Of a stretch of DNA of 64,000 nucleotides, positions 56,584-64,000 are shown in pieces (the first letter of the stretch is position 1; each line of letters begins with the position of its first letter). The translations under genes and the position numbers were made by a program. Source of the stretch: Methanocellales archaeon (GTDB lineage: Archaea; Halobacteriota; UBA148; JAUWXC01). The stretch lies in the NCBI GenBank assembly GCA_030610945.1, contig JAUWQV010000002.1, positions 28,633-92,632 of the forward strand, in the 5' to 3' direction. The notes beneath the pieces were generated by a model, which saw nothing but the letters and a program-made list of their open reading frames with translations, did no database searches and had not been told where the DNA came from.

Positions 56584-57929
56584 ATGCGTTGCATCCTCCT
56601 TCTTGCATCCATAATACATTTGCCACCTGCCACACCACCCAGAGGATTCTTCGGCGTGCCCAAAGAATGCAGGCATCTGGCAAGCACGGCAGCCCCCCTC
56701 GCCAATCCATCATCTACGAAGACCAATTCCCGATCGCCCAGTTTTTCTTGAATCAGTGCCGGTTTTGTACCGGTAATTGCCCCCCTGCCCGTGAGCCCGA
56801 TAGCACCATCCAATCCATGATTCCACGTAACTTCCAAGAGTTTCTTCACCAACTCTGCAGCAGTTAAATCTATCAGTCCCATAACCTTTGTTTTGCCACC
56901 TTCCTTTAGTAGCTCGGTACTGATCTTGCTTAATTCATTCAAACGACTTCCATTTTCTCCGACATCCACCCCTATTAAGACAACACCTGATTCCTTCAAT
57001 CCCTTGTGATTTACTGGAACGGTGCCGAATCTCCTTTCAGTGGCCACCCTCTTGATTTTGATCAGTTTCATCGCATCTGCCACGTAACTCTCTGGCACGT
57101 TAGTATCCGAAGTACCGGTTAACTGGAGCGCTGTCTCCGTGACAGGTTGAGCCAGTGCATCGAATATCGCACCTGCCAGTCCACAATAACTTCCAACCAC
57201 ATTCGCATACGGTAATTTGCCATCCGTTATCCTGCCCGATAAAGTCGTTCCAAAATCGAGTCCAACACATGGATTTCTAAAATCGATGGAAGTCCACTTA
57301 GCGCCTTCTTTAATCCCTGCCAAAACCAACTCACCCTCCATCTCATTTGCCACGATTGGCGTCTTGATACAACTCACGCTGGCGACCGTATTATCAAAAA
57401 TCACAGCATCCATAAATGAATGTCTTTGTAATGCCGTAGGCAAATTTGACTTGTTCATGGCACCGGTCATCTTGCGCGGTGGGATTCCTGCCGCTAGACA
57501 GCCATCGGCTAGCGCTTTAATAATTCCACCCACCTCTTCTGGCGTTTCAAACCCTGCTACCACTCCGGTTGACCGCACAACAAAATCCAGGTCGTCAACG
57601 CTAATCTTTGCCTTAGTCAGGGACCGAAGTAGGGTCTTTTTGGTTGCTTCTGCCACCGCTTCGCGAGATAATGGCTGGCCCCTCACTGTCAGCCCGAATA
57701 CATATTCATCATCTTTTGGTGGGCGAATAGTCGCTGTTAATTCCACGGTTTTATCCAGAAAATAGGTTCGCCCCTCTTTTAGGTCGGTAGCAGTCAGTAT
57801 ACATTTGGTCGTCGTGTTACCGAGCTCGATGGATGCGACTACATATACACTATCTTTCAGCGCAAATGATGCGTCCACGAACTTGCTTTTTGCGATCTCC
57901 ACCAATTTTCGCCCCACCATACAAAACAA
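56580..57929 (-). CDS. ASKHA-superfamily ATPase-like protein, diol-dehydratase-reactivase-like / possibly 'methanogenesis marker 14' family
   Basis: 449 aa. Phosphate-1-like IELGNTTTKC, then GLDFGTTLSG and GVDVGENGS motifs typical of actin/Hsp70/sugar-kinase-fold ATPases. The family name is from memory and needs an HMM check. Confidence 0.5.
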   Translation of the reverse strand: MFCMVGRKLVEIAKSKFVDASFALKDSVYVVASIELGNTTTKCILTATDLKEGRTYFLDKTVELTATIRPPKDDEYVFGLTVRGQPLSREAVAEATKKTLLRSLTKAKISVDDLDFVVRSTGVVAGFETPEEVGGIIKALADGCLAAGIPPRKMTGAMNKSNLPTALQRHSFMDAVIFDNTVASVSCIKTPIVANEMEGELVLAGIKEGAKWTSIDFRNPCVGLDFGTTLSGRITDGKLPYANVVGSYCGLAGAIFDALAQPVTETALQLTGTSDTNVPESYVADAMKLIKIKRVATERRFGTVPVNHKGLKESGVVLIGVDVGENGSRLNELSKISTELLKEGGKTKVMGLIDLTAAELVKKLLEVTWNHGLDGAIGLTGRGAITGTKPALIQEKLGDRELVFVDDGLARGAAVLARCLHSLGTPKNPLGGVAGGKCIMDARRRMQRI

Positions 57930-58041
57930 TACTATGATTGATTATACTTAATGCCCTCTTATGTTAGCCTTTATAAAACTTGTAAGGTTCATACAAAATC
58001 GGTAAATTTAAGATATTCCCAATATAAACACTCAATTAATT

Positions 58042-58167
58042 ATGGATTCCTATATGCCCCAATTGTATGACCTTGAGTCCCAAAAAGAGGAAGCACTCAG
58101 GAAACTGAAAAAGGAGTTGGGTGAGTGGATGGCAGCTGAATATTACACACCTCACCAAGCCTCCTGA
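58042..58167 (+). CDS. Hypothetical 41-aa micro-protein
   Basis: Not in ORF track. MDSYMPQLYDLESQKEEALRKLKKELGEWMAAEYYTPHQAS. There is an AT-rich TATA-like stretch ~30 nt upstream, and the next small ORF starts 12 nt downstream. Coding status uncertain. Confidence 0.25.
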   Translation: MDSYMPQLYDLESQKEEALRKLKKELGEWMAAEYYTPHQAS

Positions 58168-58179
58168 TTAGAGGTATGA

Positions 58180-58335
58180 ATGTTTGAAATCGCAGGAATA
58201 TGTGCTATCTGTGGAAGTGTTGCGAAAAAAATGCGCACATGCTCCCTGTGCGGGAATATTGTCTGCAGCAATTGTATTTCAGAAGGAGTTTGCGTAATTT
58301 GTGCGCGAAAGCGCTCTTTCAAATCACTGGAGTGA
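58180..58335 (+). CDS. 51-aa zinc-ribbon micro-protein with four CxxC motifs
   Basis: Not in ORF track. MFEIAGICAICGSVAKKMRTCSLCGNIVCSNCISEGVCVICARKRSFKSLE, with GAGGT 5 nt upstream of the ATG. The ORF-track entry 58200..58421 is a different, implausible frame. Confidence 0.5.
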   Translation: MFEIAGICAICGSVAKKMRTCSLCGNIVCSNCISEGVCVICARKRSFKSLE

Positions 58336-58344
58336 TGCTGGCAC

Positions 58345-59352
58345 TCATTCTTTGGTTTCCATCGCTGCAAAATACTTGGAAGAGATTACATTCTTTATCG
58401 ATTCGAACAGCAGTGCCTTAGATTTTGTGGCATCTTTCTCCCCTTGAAGAACGGTTTCGAACACACCCAGTGGTATTTCAACAGAGGCATATACCGGCGT
58501 CCCCCTGGCGTCTCCCCATACGCCAAATACCTTCTCTAACATATTTCTCATATTGGCCTCGATATTTTCGGATTTTGCATAAATATAGATGCTCGTCTTG
58601 CCAATCGCAAATGTCAGCACCGTTAAAATGCCCTCTAAGTCCAGCAAATAATCACAGACCGTTGACAATGTACTTGGATCTTTTGCATATCCCACACTCG
58701 TCACGAGATGCGTATCCTTTATCATCCTATTTTTGATGGCTTCCGCCAAATCTGCAAATGTCTCTGATTTTACGGATGGATGCTCCAATCTCGTTAACAA
58801 ACCTATATCTGCATCAGGAAAAATCTGGAGGTATGCCTTTAGGTCAAATTCATACAGGTTGGTTATTAAGCCCCTCGTCGCACCTCTAATCGCATATAAA
58901 AGTTGAGCAGCTAGCTGTTTGTCAACTGTGATGTTAAGTCGCATTAAGTACTCAATGAGTATACTTGATGTCGTTCCCACATCAGACCTGATGTCCTTTA
59001 ATTCTGCTTTTATATCCCGGGTATCGCCCCCATAATGTGTGATTATAATTGAAGGTGGACGCGTGATATGTTTCAACTGGCTTGGTACAGCACCTACAAA
59101 AGCCAGTTTCATACCGTTGATGTCGGCGGCGCTCTGAAGTACGTTGAGGTCCTCCTCCATTAAATTAAAGAGGGTTTTGTTCTGAATGTCTCCCCTATAA
59201 AATATCTTGGCGCCTGTGTGGAAGTGTTCTGCTATGCTCTTGAGTGCCAAAGCGCTGGCCAGAGAATCTGGTGAAGGGTCGTCGCATATGACGATGGCTA
59301 ATCCTTTGTCTTCGCAGGATTGTATCAGCTTCTTCAGTTTCCTGGTAAGCAT
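58345..59352 (-). CDS. DHH/DHHA1-like protein with degenerate catalytic motifs
   Basis: ATG 59352 (GTG 59382 in the ORF track). Layout resembles NrnA-type DHH proteins (DDPSPDSLAS ~ motif I, DVGTTSS ~ motif IV), but THY replaces DHH and no GGGH is visible. Confidence 0.45.
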   Translation of the reverse strand: MLTRKLKKLIQSCEDKGLAIVICDDPSPDSLASALALKSIAEHFHTGAKIFYRGDIQNKTLFNLMEEDLNVLQSAADINGMKLAFVGAVPSQLKHITRPPSIIITHYGGDTRDIKAELKDIRSDVGTTSSILIEYLMRLNITVDKQLAAQLLYAIRGATRGLITNLYEFDLKAYLQIFPDADIGLLTRLEHPSVKSETFADLAEAIKNRMIKDTHLVTSVGYAKDPSTLSTVCDYLLDLEGILTVLTFAIGKTSIYIYAKSENIEANMRNMLEKVFGVWGDARGTPVYASVEIPLGVFETVLQGEKDATKSKALLFESIKNVISSKYFAAMETKE

Positions 59353-59430
59353 CTTTTTACTTATGCTGGGAATGTTTACCACCTTGGAATATCTTGTAAC
59401 TCATATGGCCTTAAATATGTAACGCGCAAT

Positions 59431-60363
59431 TCATACCAACTTGTTTATTGGATGGTCTTCTCCTGGGATGACGTCAAAATCTGCTACCGCCTCGGCTATC
59501 ATGATGTCAGTCATTGCAGCCATTGGAAATACATACGGCGCGTTCTCAATTGGGCCATATAAAATAAAGTCGCCAGCAGCCATCTGCTGCAATCCTATCG
59601 AGCCAACATCGCATGCTTTGAAGATTAGGTCATTCTCTTTCTTCTTGTTTTTCAGCCAATTCCAAGAGGAAGGAGCGTTGTGAATCCCTGAGCCGGCAGG
59701 GAAGCCCCACTTGGCCTTCGCCACCAATGTCATTCTCAGCGCAATGCCAGCACCGTTGCCCATCGGCGTGATGCTTGGGTCTATCAAAATTTTCGAGATC
59801 CCACAATCCTCTGCAATCTGGAGCAATCCCTTCTCGGTGACGCTGGCACCATTTTCCAGGAGAGCGATGCGCCCCTCCAAGGACGAATCCATCGCGTTAA
59901 AGCCCATGACAATCGATGCATCTACATCTGAATGTGTTAATGCCTCAATTTCATCATCGGTGATGCCCATGTTAATCGAGTTGTTGATCGCCCTGTCTGC
60001 AAGTCCCACTTCTGTTGCATGCTTTACCCCTTCCATTCTAACACGCGCTTCCGTCGAATCAATCAGGAAGGGGGCCTCCGTAATCTCGCTGACAAAGTCG
60101 ATGTACTTTTTAATACCAACCTCGCTGGACCCGAAAATGTGAACCATGGAAGGATTTCCTGTTTCGTCTGCACAAGAAGATTGTTTATTGATGAGGATTT
60201 CTGCCTTCTTTTTATTGAAGAGACCTTTACTCTCATCTTCGACGATCTTATGATTGGGATAAAATATAGTGCCAGCCAAGACAGTGGCTAGCTCACCTGG
60301 TTGGCCGCCAATTTTCACCCCTGCAATATTTACTATTTTCTGCTCTGTTTGAAACCTGAACAT
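59431..60363 (-). CDS. mtrH: Tetrahydromethanopterin S-methyltransferase subunit H homolog
   Basis: 310 aa. MFRFQTEQKIVNIAGVKIGGQPGE..TVL.GTIFY and overall length match MtrH (pterin-binding TIM barrel). Confidence 0.88.
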   Translation of the reverse strand: MFRFQTEQKIVNIAGVKIGGQPGELATVLAGTIFYPNHKIVEDESKGLFNKKKAEILINKQSSCADETGNPSMVHIFGSSEVGIKKYIDFVSEITEAPFLIDSTEARVRMEGVKHATEVGLADRAINNSINMGITDDEIEALTHSDVDASIVMGFNAMDSSLEGRIALLENGASVTEKGLLQIAEDCGISKILIDPSITPMGNGAGIALRMTLVAKAKWGFPAGSGIHNAPSSWNWLKNKKKENDLIFKACDVGSIGLQQMAAGDFILYGPIENAPYVFPMAAMTDIMIAEAVADFDVIPGEDHPINKLV

Positions 60364-60372
60364 TATGGTACC

Positions 60373-60966
60373 TCACGCAATGATGCCGCTACTGGTATCC
60401 AATGATACATCCTTTGATATCACGACATCTCCTGTGCCGTTTATCTCCAATCTCTCCCTTTTCCTCTTCTTTTTCCCTGCCTGAACGACCATGGGGGGCT
60501 CTGAAAATACATTGCCCTTGTTGTGATATTCTTCTATAATCTGTAATATCTTCCCCTTGTCAGTTTCACCAGTTCTATCAATGAGCTGGACCTGGGCTTG
60601 AAACCTTTTAACGACAGCCTCAGAGATATTCTCAATGAAGGGGATTGCCCCTTCTGAACCAATAATTCTTCCGTTGCCATCGATACCATTAGCGTGAATT
60701 GCCCTTAACGTATTGCCACTCATATGCCCTCTGGATTCTTCCCCGCAAACCAATATAAACCGTATGTTTGGATTTGACACTACATTTGCCATGATTTTTT
60801 CTATTCCAAGATTCTCGGTATGGCAGGGGCCAATGAGAGCAACTTTCTTCATGTACTCTGATGCAAGCTCAAAATGGCTTGCAAGCGTAACCACGCAAAT
60901 TCTGGATTTGCCATTTCCAACTTGATAATCGCCCTTCACAACTGGCCAATCACTCATGCAACTCAT
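60373..60966 (-). CDS. mtrA: Tetrahydromethanopterin S-methyltransferase subunit A homolog, soluble (no C-terminal TM helix)
   Basis: ATG 60966 or 60957. WPVVKGDY, GPCHTENLGIEKI, ILVCGEESRGHMSGNTL (cobamide-ligand His region) match MtrA. The C-terminus is Lys/Arg-rich and hydrophilic instead of the usual membrane anchor. Confidence 0.8.
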   Translation of the reverse strand: MSCMSDWPVVKGDYQVGNGKSRICVVTLASHFELASEYMKKVALIGPCHTENLGIEKIMANVVSNPNIRFILVCGEESRGHMSGNTLRAIHANGIDGNGRIIGSEGAIPFIENISEAVVKRFQAQVQLIDRTGETDKGKILQIIEEYHNKGNVFSEPPMVVQAGKKKRKRERLEINGTGDVVISKDVSLDTSSGIIA

Positions 60967-61014
60967 TATGATGACGAACCTTAATTTACTTATGGATTGC
61001 GTACCGTATATGCA

Positions 61015-62307
61015 ATGATGCAAGTTGAATGGACCGAAAAATACCGCCCAAAAACACTGAGTGAAGTGACTGGAAATAGTAAAGCTATTGCCGAACTAAA
61101 AAAATGGGCGGAAGAATGGGAAAAGGATAAAAAAGCCGCAATTCTATATGGTCCGCCTGGCATTGGCAAGACCTCTGCTGTCTACGCGCTCGCCAACGAT
61201 ATGAAATGGGATGCCATCGAGCTCAACGCCAGCGATCAACGTACGGCGGATATCATCAAGAAGGTAGCAGGTACGGCAGCCATTACCGGCACTTTTGAAG
61301 GTACGAAGGGCAGAAGGTTAATCATCCTGGATGAAGCGGACAACATTCACGGTAATGCAGATAGAGGTGGCACTAGGGCAATTTGCGAGGTGATAAAAAA
61401 TGCAAATCAGCCCATCCTGCTGATAGCAAACGAATATTATGATATGTCCAAGGCGCTCAGGGGTTTGTGCAAGTCCATTCAGTTTAAGGCCGTCCAGAGC
61501 AAGACAGTCGTTCCCTTGTTAGGAAAGATATGCCGTCAAGAAGGCATCGATTGTGATATTAATACGTTGGAGGCCATTGCAACCAATGCGCCAGATTTCA
61601 GGTCTGCAATTAACGACTTGCAGGCGCTTTCGCAGGGCAGGAAGAATGTCACCATTGATGACATATCGGTTGGCATACGTGACACCAAGGAGTCGATTTT
61701 CAAGGTTCTGGCCAAAATATTTAAGGATAGTACTCCAAAAGAGGCGCGGTCAGCTGTGTATACCCTAGACGAAAGCCCAGAGGATTTTATTCACTGGTTG
61801 GACGAAAATCTGCCCAAGGAGTATGAAGGCAAGGACCTTGCTGACGGCTTTGAGTGTTTGTCCAGAGCCGATGTATTCCTTGGCAGAGTTAAGCGCCGAC
61901 AAAATTACGGCATGTGGCGTTATGCCAATGATATGATGGTGAATGGGATTCAAGCCGCTAAATCACAGGCACACTATAAATTCGTACCTTACCAGCCACC
62001 TTCAACATGGCGGAAACTGGGACGAGCAAAATCGGCAAGGGCGATACGGGATTCTGTGGCAGCCAAGATAGGAAAGCACTGCCACGTGTCGCAGCGCTAT
62101 GCCCGCTCTGACCTGATTTCATTTTTTAAGATACTCTTCAGGGACGTTGAGCATGCTGCCCGGATTTCTGCACTACTGGACCTGAAACCGGAGGAAATAG
62201 CCTTCCTGCTGGACACCAAATCTGATAATGAAAGCGTGAAAAAGGTTTTCGACGCTGCTGGAATACGGGTAGAAGAGGGGCGTTCTAAATACCTCAACGC
62301 CCCATAG
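61015..62307 (+). CDS. rfcL: Replication factor C large subunit
   Basis: ATG 61015 (MMQVEWTEKYRPKTLSEV). Walker A GPPGIGKTS, Walker B LIILDEADN. Confidence 0.88.
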   Translation: MMQVEWTEKYRPKTLSEVTGNSKAIAELKKWAEEWEKDKKAAILYGPPGIGKTSAVYALANDMKWDAIELNASDQRTADIIKKVAGTAAITGTFEGTKGRRLIILDEADNIHGNADRGGTRAICEVIKNANQPILLIANEYYDMSKALRGLCKSIQFKAVQSKTVVPLLGKICRQEGIDCDINTLEAIATNAPDFRSAINDLQALSQGRKNVTIDDISVGIRDTKESIFKVLAKIFKDSTPKEARSAVYTLDESPEDFIHWLDENLPKEYEGKDLADGFECLSRADVFLGRVKRRQNYGMWRYANDMMVNGIQAAKSQAHYKFVPYQPPSTWRKLGRAKSARAIRDSVAAKIGKHCHVSQRYARSDLISFFKILFRDVEHAARISALLDLKPEEIAFLLDTKSDNESVKKVFDAAGIRVEEGRSKYLNAP

Positions 62308-63103
62308 CATCCCTCATATCTTTAAGCACTTCTGCCGTGGTGCCGTAGAAGAGGCGCTTATCTTGAAGTTCTCTCCTCGCTCTCGCTTTAGCATATTCTT
62401 CTTCTCTAAATGAAATTCCAGTGTAATTGACCTTTCTAAGTATCAGGCCAAAAGGAGGGGCGGGCTCTATGCCCTCTTTATACTTATCTGGCTCCAGCAT
62501 GTTTCTTAGCCATTCTTCATCCCTTGCGCCAGCACCCACCATGCTCAATCCAGTTATGATCTTTCGCACCATATGCTGCGCAAAACTATTGGCAACGATA
62601 TCCAGTATTATGAACGGTCCGACTACCCTGATTTCGATGCGTTTTACGGTGCGCTTTGTGCTTTTATCTTCATCCATCGTTGCAAAATTCGCAAAGTCAT
62701 GTGTGCCCAGTAACAACTCGGACGCATGCCTCATCTTGGAAATTTCCAGCCCTTTGCCATACAGGATGTACCTATACTCCCGGCTAATCGCCTTTCGTCT
62801 CGGGTCAAATGTCCCTGAGACCTTCGCCCTTGCCCACACCCATATATCATCTGGCAGCTCACTATTTATGATTCTGGGCGTTACCAGATTGGACGTTGTA
62901 TTAAACGCGACCACCTGTTCCAGCGCATGAACCCCTCTGTCTGTCCTCCCTGAAGCCGAATATTTTGCCTTTTTTGGATTGTTAACAATTCCCAACTTTT
63001 TCAGCGCTTTGAACAACGTTCCCTCAATAGTTGGAACGTCTGGCTGGACCTGAAAGCCATGGTACCTATCTCCTAAATATGCCAATTTAAGTGCAACCCG
63101 CAA
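62294..63103 (-). CDS. truA: tRNA pseudouridine(38-40) synthase
   Basis: 269 aa (TTG start). YLGDRYHGFQ.Q and GRTDRGVHA (catalytic Asp). Confidence 0.9.
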   Translation of the reverse strand: MRVALKLAYLGDRYHGFQVQPDVPTIEGTLFKALKKLGIVNNPKKAKYSASGRTDRGVHALEQVVAFNTTSNLVTPRIINSELPDDIWVWARAKVSGTFDPRRKAISREYRYILYGKGLEISKMRHASELLLGTHDFANFATMDEDKSTKRTVKRIEIRVVGPFIILDIVANSFAQHMVRKIITGLSMVGAGARDEEWLRNMLEPDKYKEGIEPAPPFGLILRKVNYTGISFREEEYAKARARRELQDKRLFYGTTAEVLKDMRDAMGR

Positions 63104-63205
63104 TTACACGCCTCCAATTCACACTCATCCCTACTTTTATCTATACCTTTTCCATAATTGCCGTAAAGTATTAACGTTTGTATGATATGTATGAGAGGGC
63201 GCAGA

Positions 63206-64000
63206 ATGAAAGCGGTACTAGGACTTGAAGATGGAACGGTCATCAAGGGAAAAGGTTTTGGTGCAGAGGGGGTTGCCCTCGGAGAGCTTGTTTTTGCAAC
63301 GTCTTTTACTGGATATGAAGAAGCGCTGACAGATCCATCATATAACGGCCAGATTCTGATGATGACATATCCGCTCATCGGAAACTACGGCGTCAGTTAT
63401 GAGAATTTTCAATCCGAGGGGATAAAAACCGAAGGTTTTGTTGTAAGAGAGATTTGCGATCATCCGTCGCACCCTAAATCGAAGAGTACGCTTCACGAAT
63501 TCTTAGAAAAGGAGGGCATCCCAGGTATCTGTGATGTGGACACGAGGATGCTTACGATACTTACGCGAGAGAAAGGAACAATGAGGGCGGCATTAATCAC
63601 AGGAGATGATGATGGCGATAGGGCAGTTCAGCTTGCTAAAGAGCAAAAACCCATCTCTGAACTGGACTTGATTTCTAAAGTGACATGTGCTGAGCCGTAT
63701 CAAATCAAAGGGCGCGGAAAGCGGTTTGTCGTGATGGACCTAGGAGTCAAGCAAAGTATTCTATCCGGTTTGAGCCAGAGAGATGTCGATATCGTTGTCG
63801 TTCCGGCTGATGCCACCCTACAACAGATTCAAGAGTACGAGCCAGATGCGTTGCTGTTATCCAATGGCCCAGGGGATCCCATGCAGGCAAAGAATGCCAT
63901 CTCTATCGCGAATGACCTTGTCGGCAAAATTCCGATATTTGGCATTGGTTTGGGCCATCAGGTTATAGCGCTCGCCCTTGGTGCCAAGACATACAAACTC
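63206..64000 (+). CDS. carA: Carbamoyl-phosphate synthase small (glutaminase) subunit, 5' part (runs off window)
   Basis: Not in ORF track (no stop in window). MKAVLGLEDGTVIKGKGFGAEG...FTGYEEALTDPSY.GQIL..TYPLIGNYG...SNGPGDP...IFGIGLGHQ. Confidence 0.9.
   Translation, partial: MKAVLGLEDGTVIKGKGFGAEGVALGELVFATSFTGYEEALTDPSYNGQILMMTYPLIGNYGVSYENFQSEGIKTEGFVVREICDHPSHPKSKSTLHEFLEKEGIPGICDVDTRMLTILTREKGTMRAALITGDDDGDRAVQLAKEQKPISELDLISKVTCAEPYQIKGRGKRFVVMDLGVKQSILSGLSQRDVDIVVVPADATLQQIQEYEPDALLLSNGPGDPMQAKNAISIANDLVGKIPIFGIGLGHQVIALALGAKTYKL

Noticed and set aside
55664-56676. N-terminal extensions proposed by the ORF track for ThyA (to 55753) and the MetE core (to 56676). Similar cases are GatC (8587), PheT (35017), TatD-like (41731), MCM (42540), the ABC ATPase (51683), MtrA-like (61023) and RFC-L (60997).
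   Set aside because: In each case an internal ATG reproduces the conserved family N-terminus and creates a typical ATGA or short overlap with the upstream gene. The extra residues overlap the neighbouring gene or spacer and look non-coding.
58200-58421. ORF-track 73-aa ORF (MCYLWKCCEKNAHM...)
   Set aside because: It is the wrong frame of the region that encodes the 4xCxxC zinc-ribbon micro-protein (58180..58335). It also runs into the convergent DHH-like gene and has no ribosome-binding site.

Overview
Dense archaeal chromosomal segment: about 80 genes and no gap larger than ~130 bp. Gene content points to a euryarchaeon with H4MPT-dependent C1 metabolism (methanogen / ANME / Methanosarcinales-like). 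The evidence is Mch, MtrA/MtrH homologs, bifunctional FBP aldolase/phosphatase, GGGP and DGGGP synthases, archaetidylinositol-phosphate synthase, a PGF-CTERM surface protein, an intron-containing tRNA and the EndA splicing endonuclease. Most of the window is housekeeping:
- Translation and ribosome biogenesis: S19e, L39e, L40e, an L31e fragment, aIF1A-Rio1-KH, Tsr3, Rpp21, NMD3, GatCAB, Tyr/Trp/Phe-tRNA synthetases, TruA, Taw2/Trm5.
- Replication: Orc1/Cdc6, MCM, RFC large subunit, TopA.
- Biosynthesis: NAD (nadA/nadX/nadC), nitrogen assimilation (glnA, GltB-like), purB, hisF, carA, lipids.

Accessory-looking parts are a HicAB toxin-antitoxin islet, a solo Cas4-like nuclease coupled to orc1, two surface-protein/ABC-transporter loci with a PadR regulator, and several micro-ORFs.

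The best candidate for an undescribed system is at 54.1-61.0 kb. An ASKHA (diol-dehydratase-reactivase-like / 'methanogenesis marker 14'-like) ATPase is translationally coupled to a folate-domain-less core methionine synthase, ThyA and Mch. A stand-alone, anchor-less MtrA-MtrH pair lies 1.5 kb away. I read this as a possible cytoplasmic cobamide methyl relay with its own reactivase.

Other observations worth a second look:
- A YunC/DUF1805 gene broken by two compensating frameshifts.
- A 106-aa protein ending in a ribosomal-stalk-like tail.
- A tRNA-Gly with a ~59-nt intron and a duplicated 3' end.
- An AsnB-like PP-loop gene inside the gatCAB-topA operon.

All family calls rest on reading motifs by eye and recalled family signatures. 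No BLAST, HMM or folding was run.
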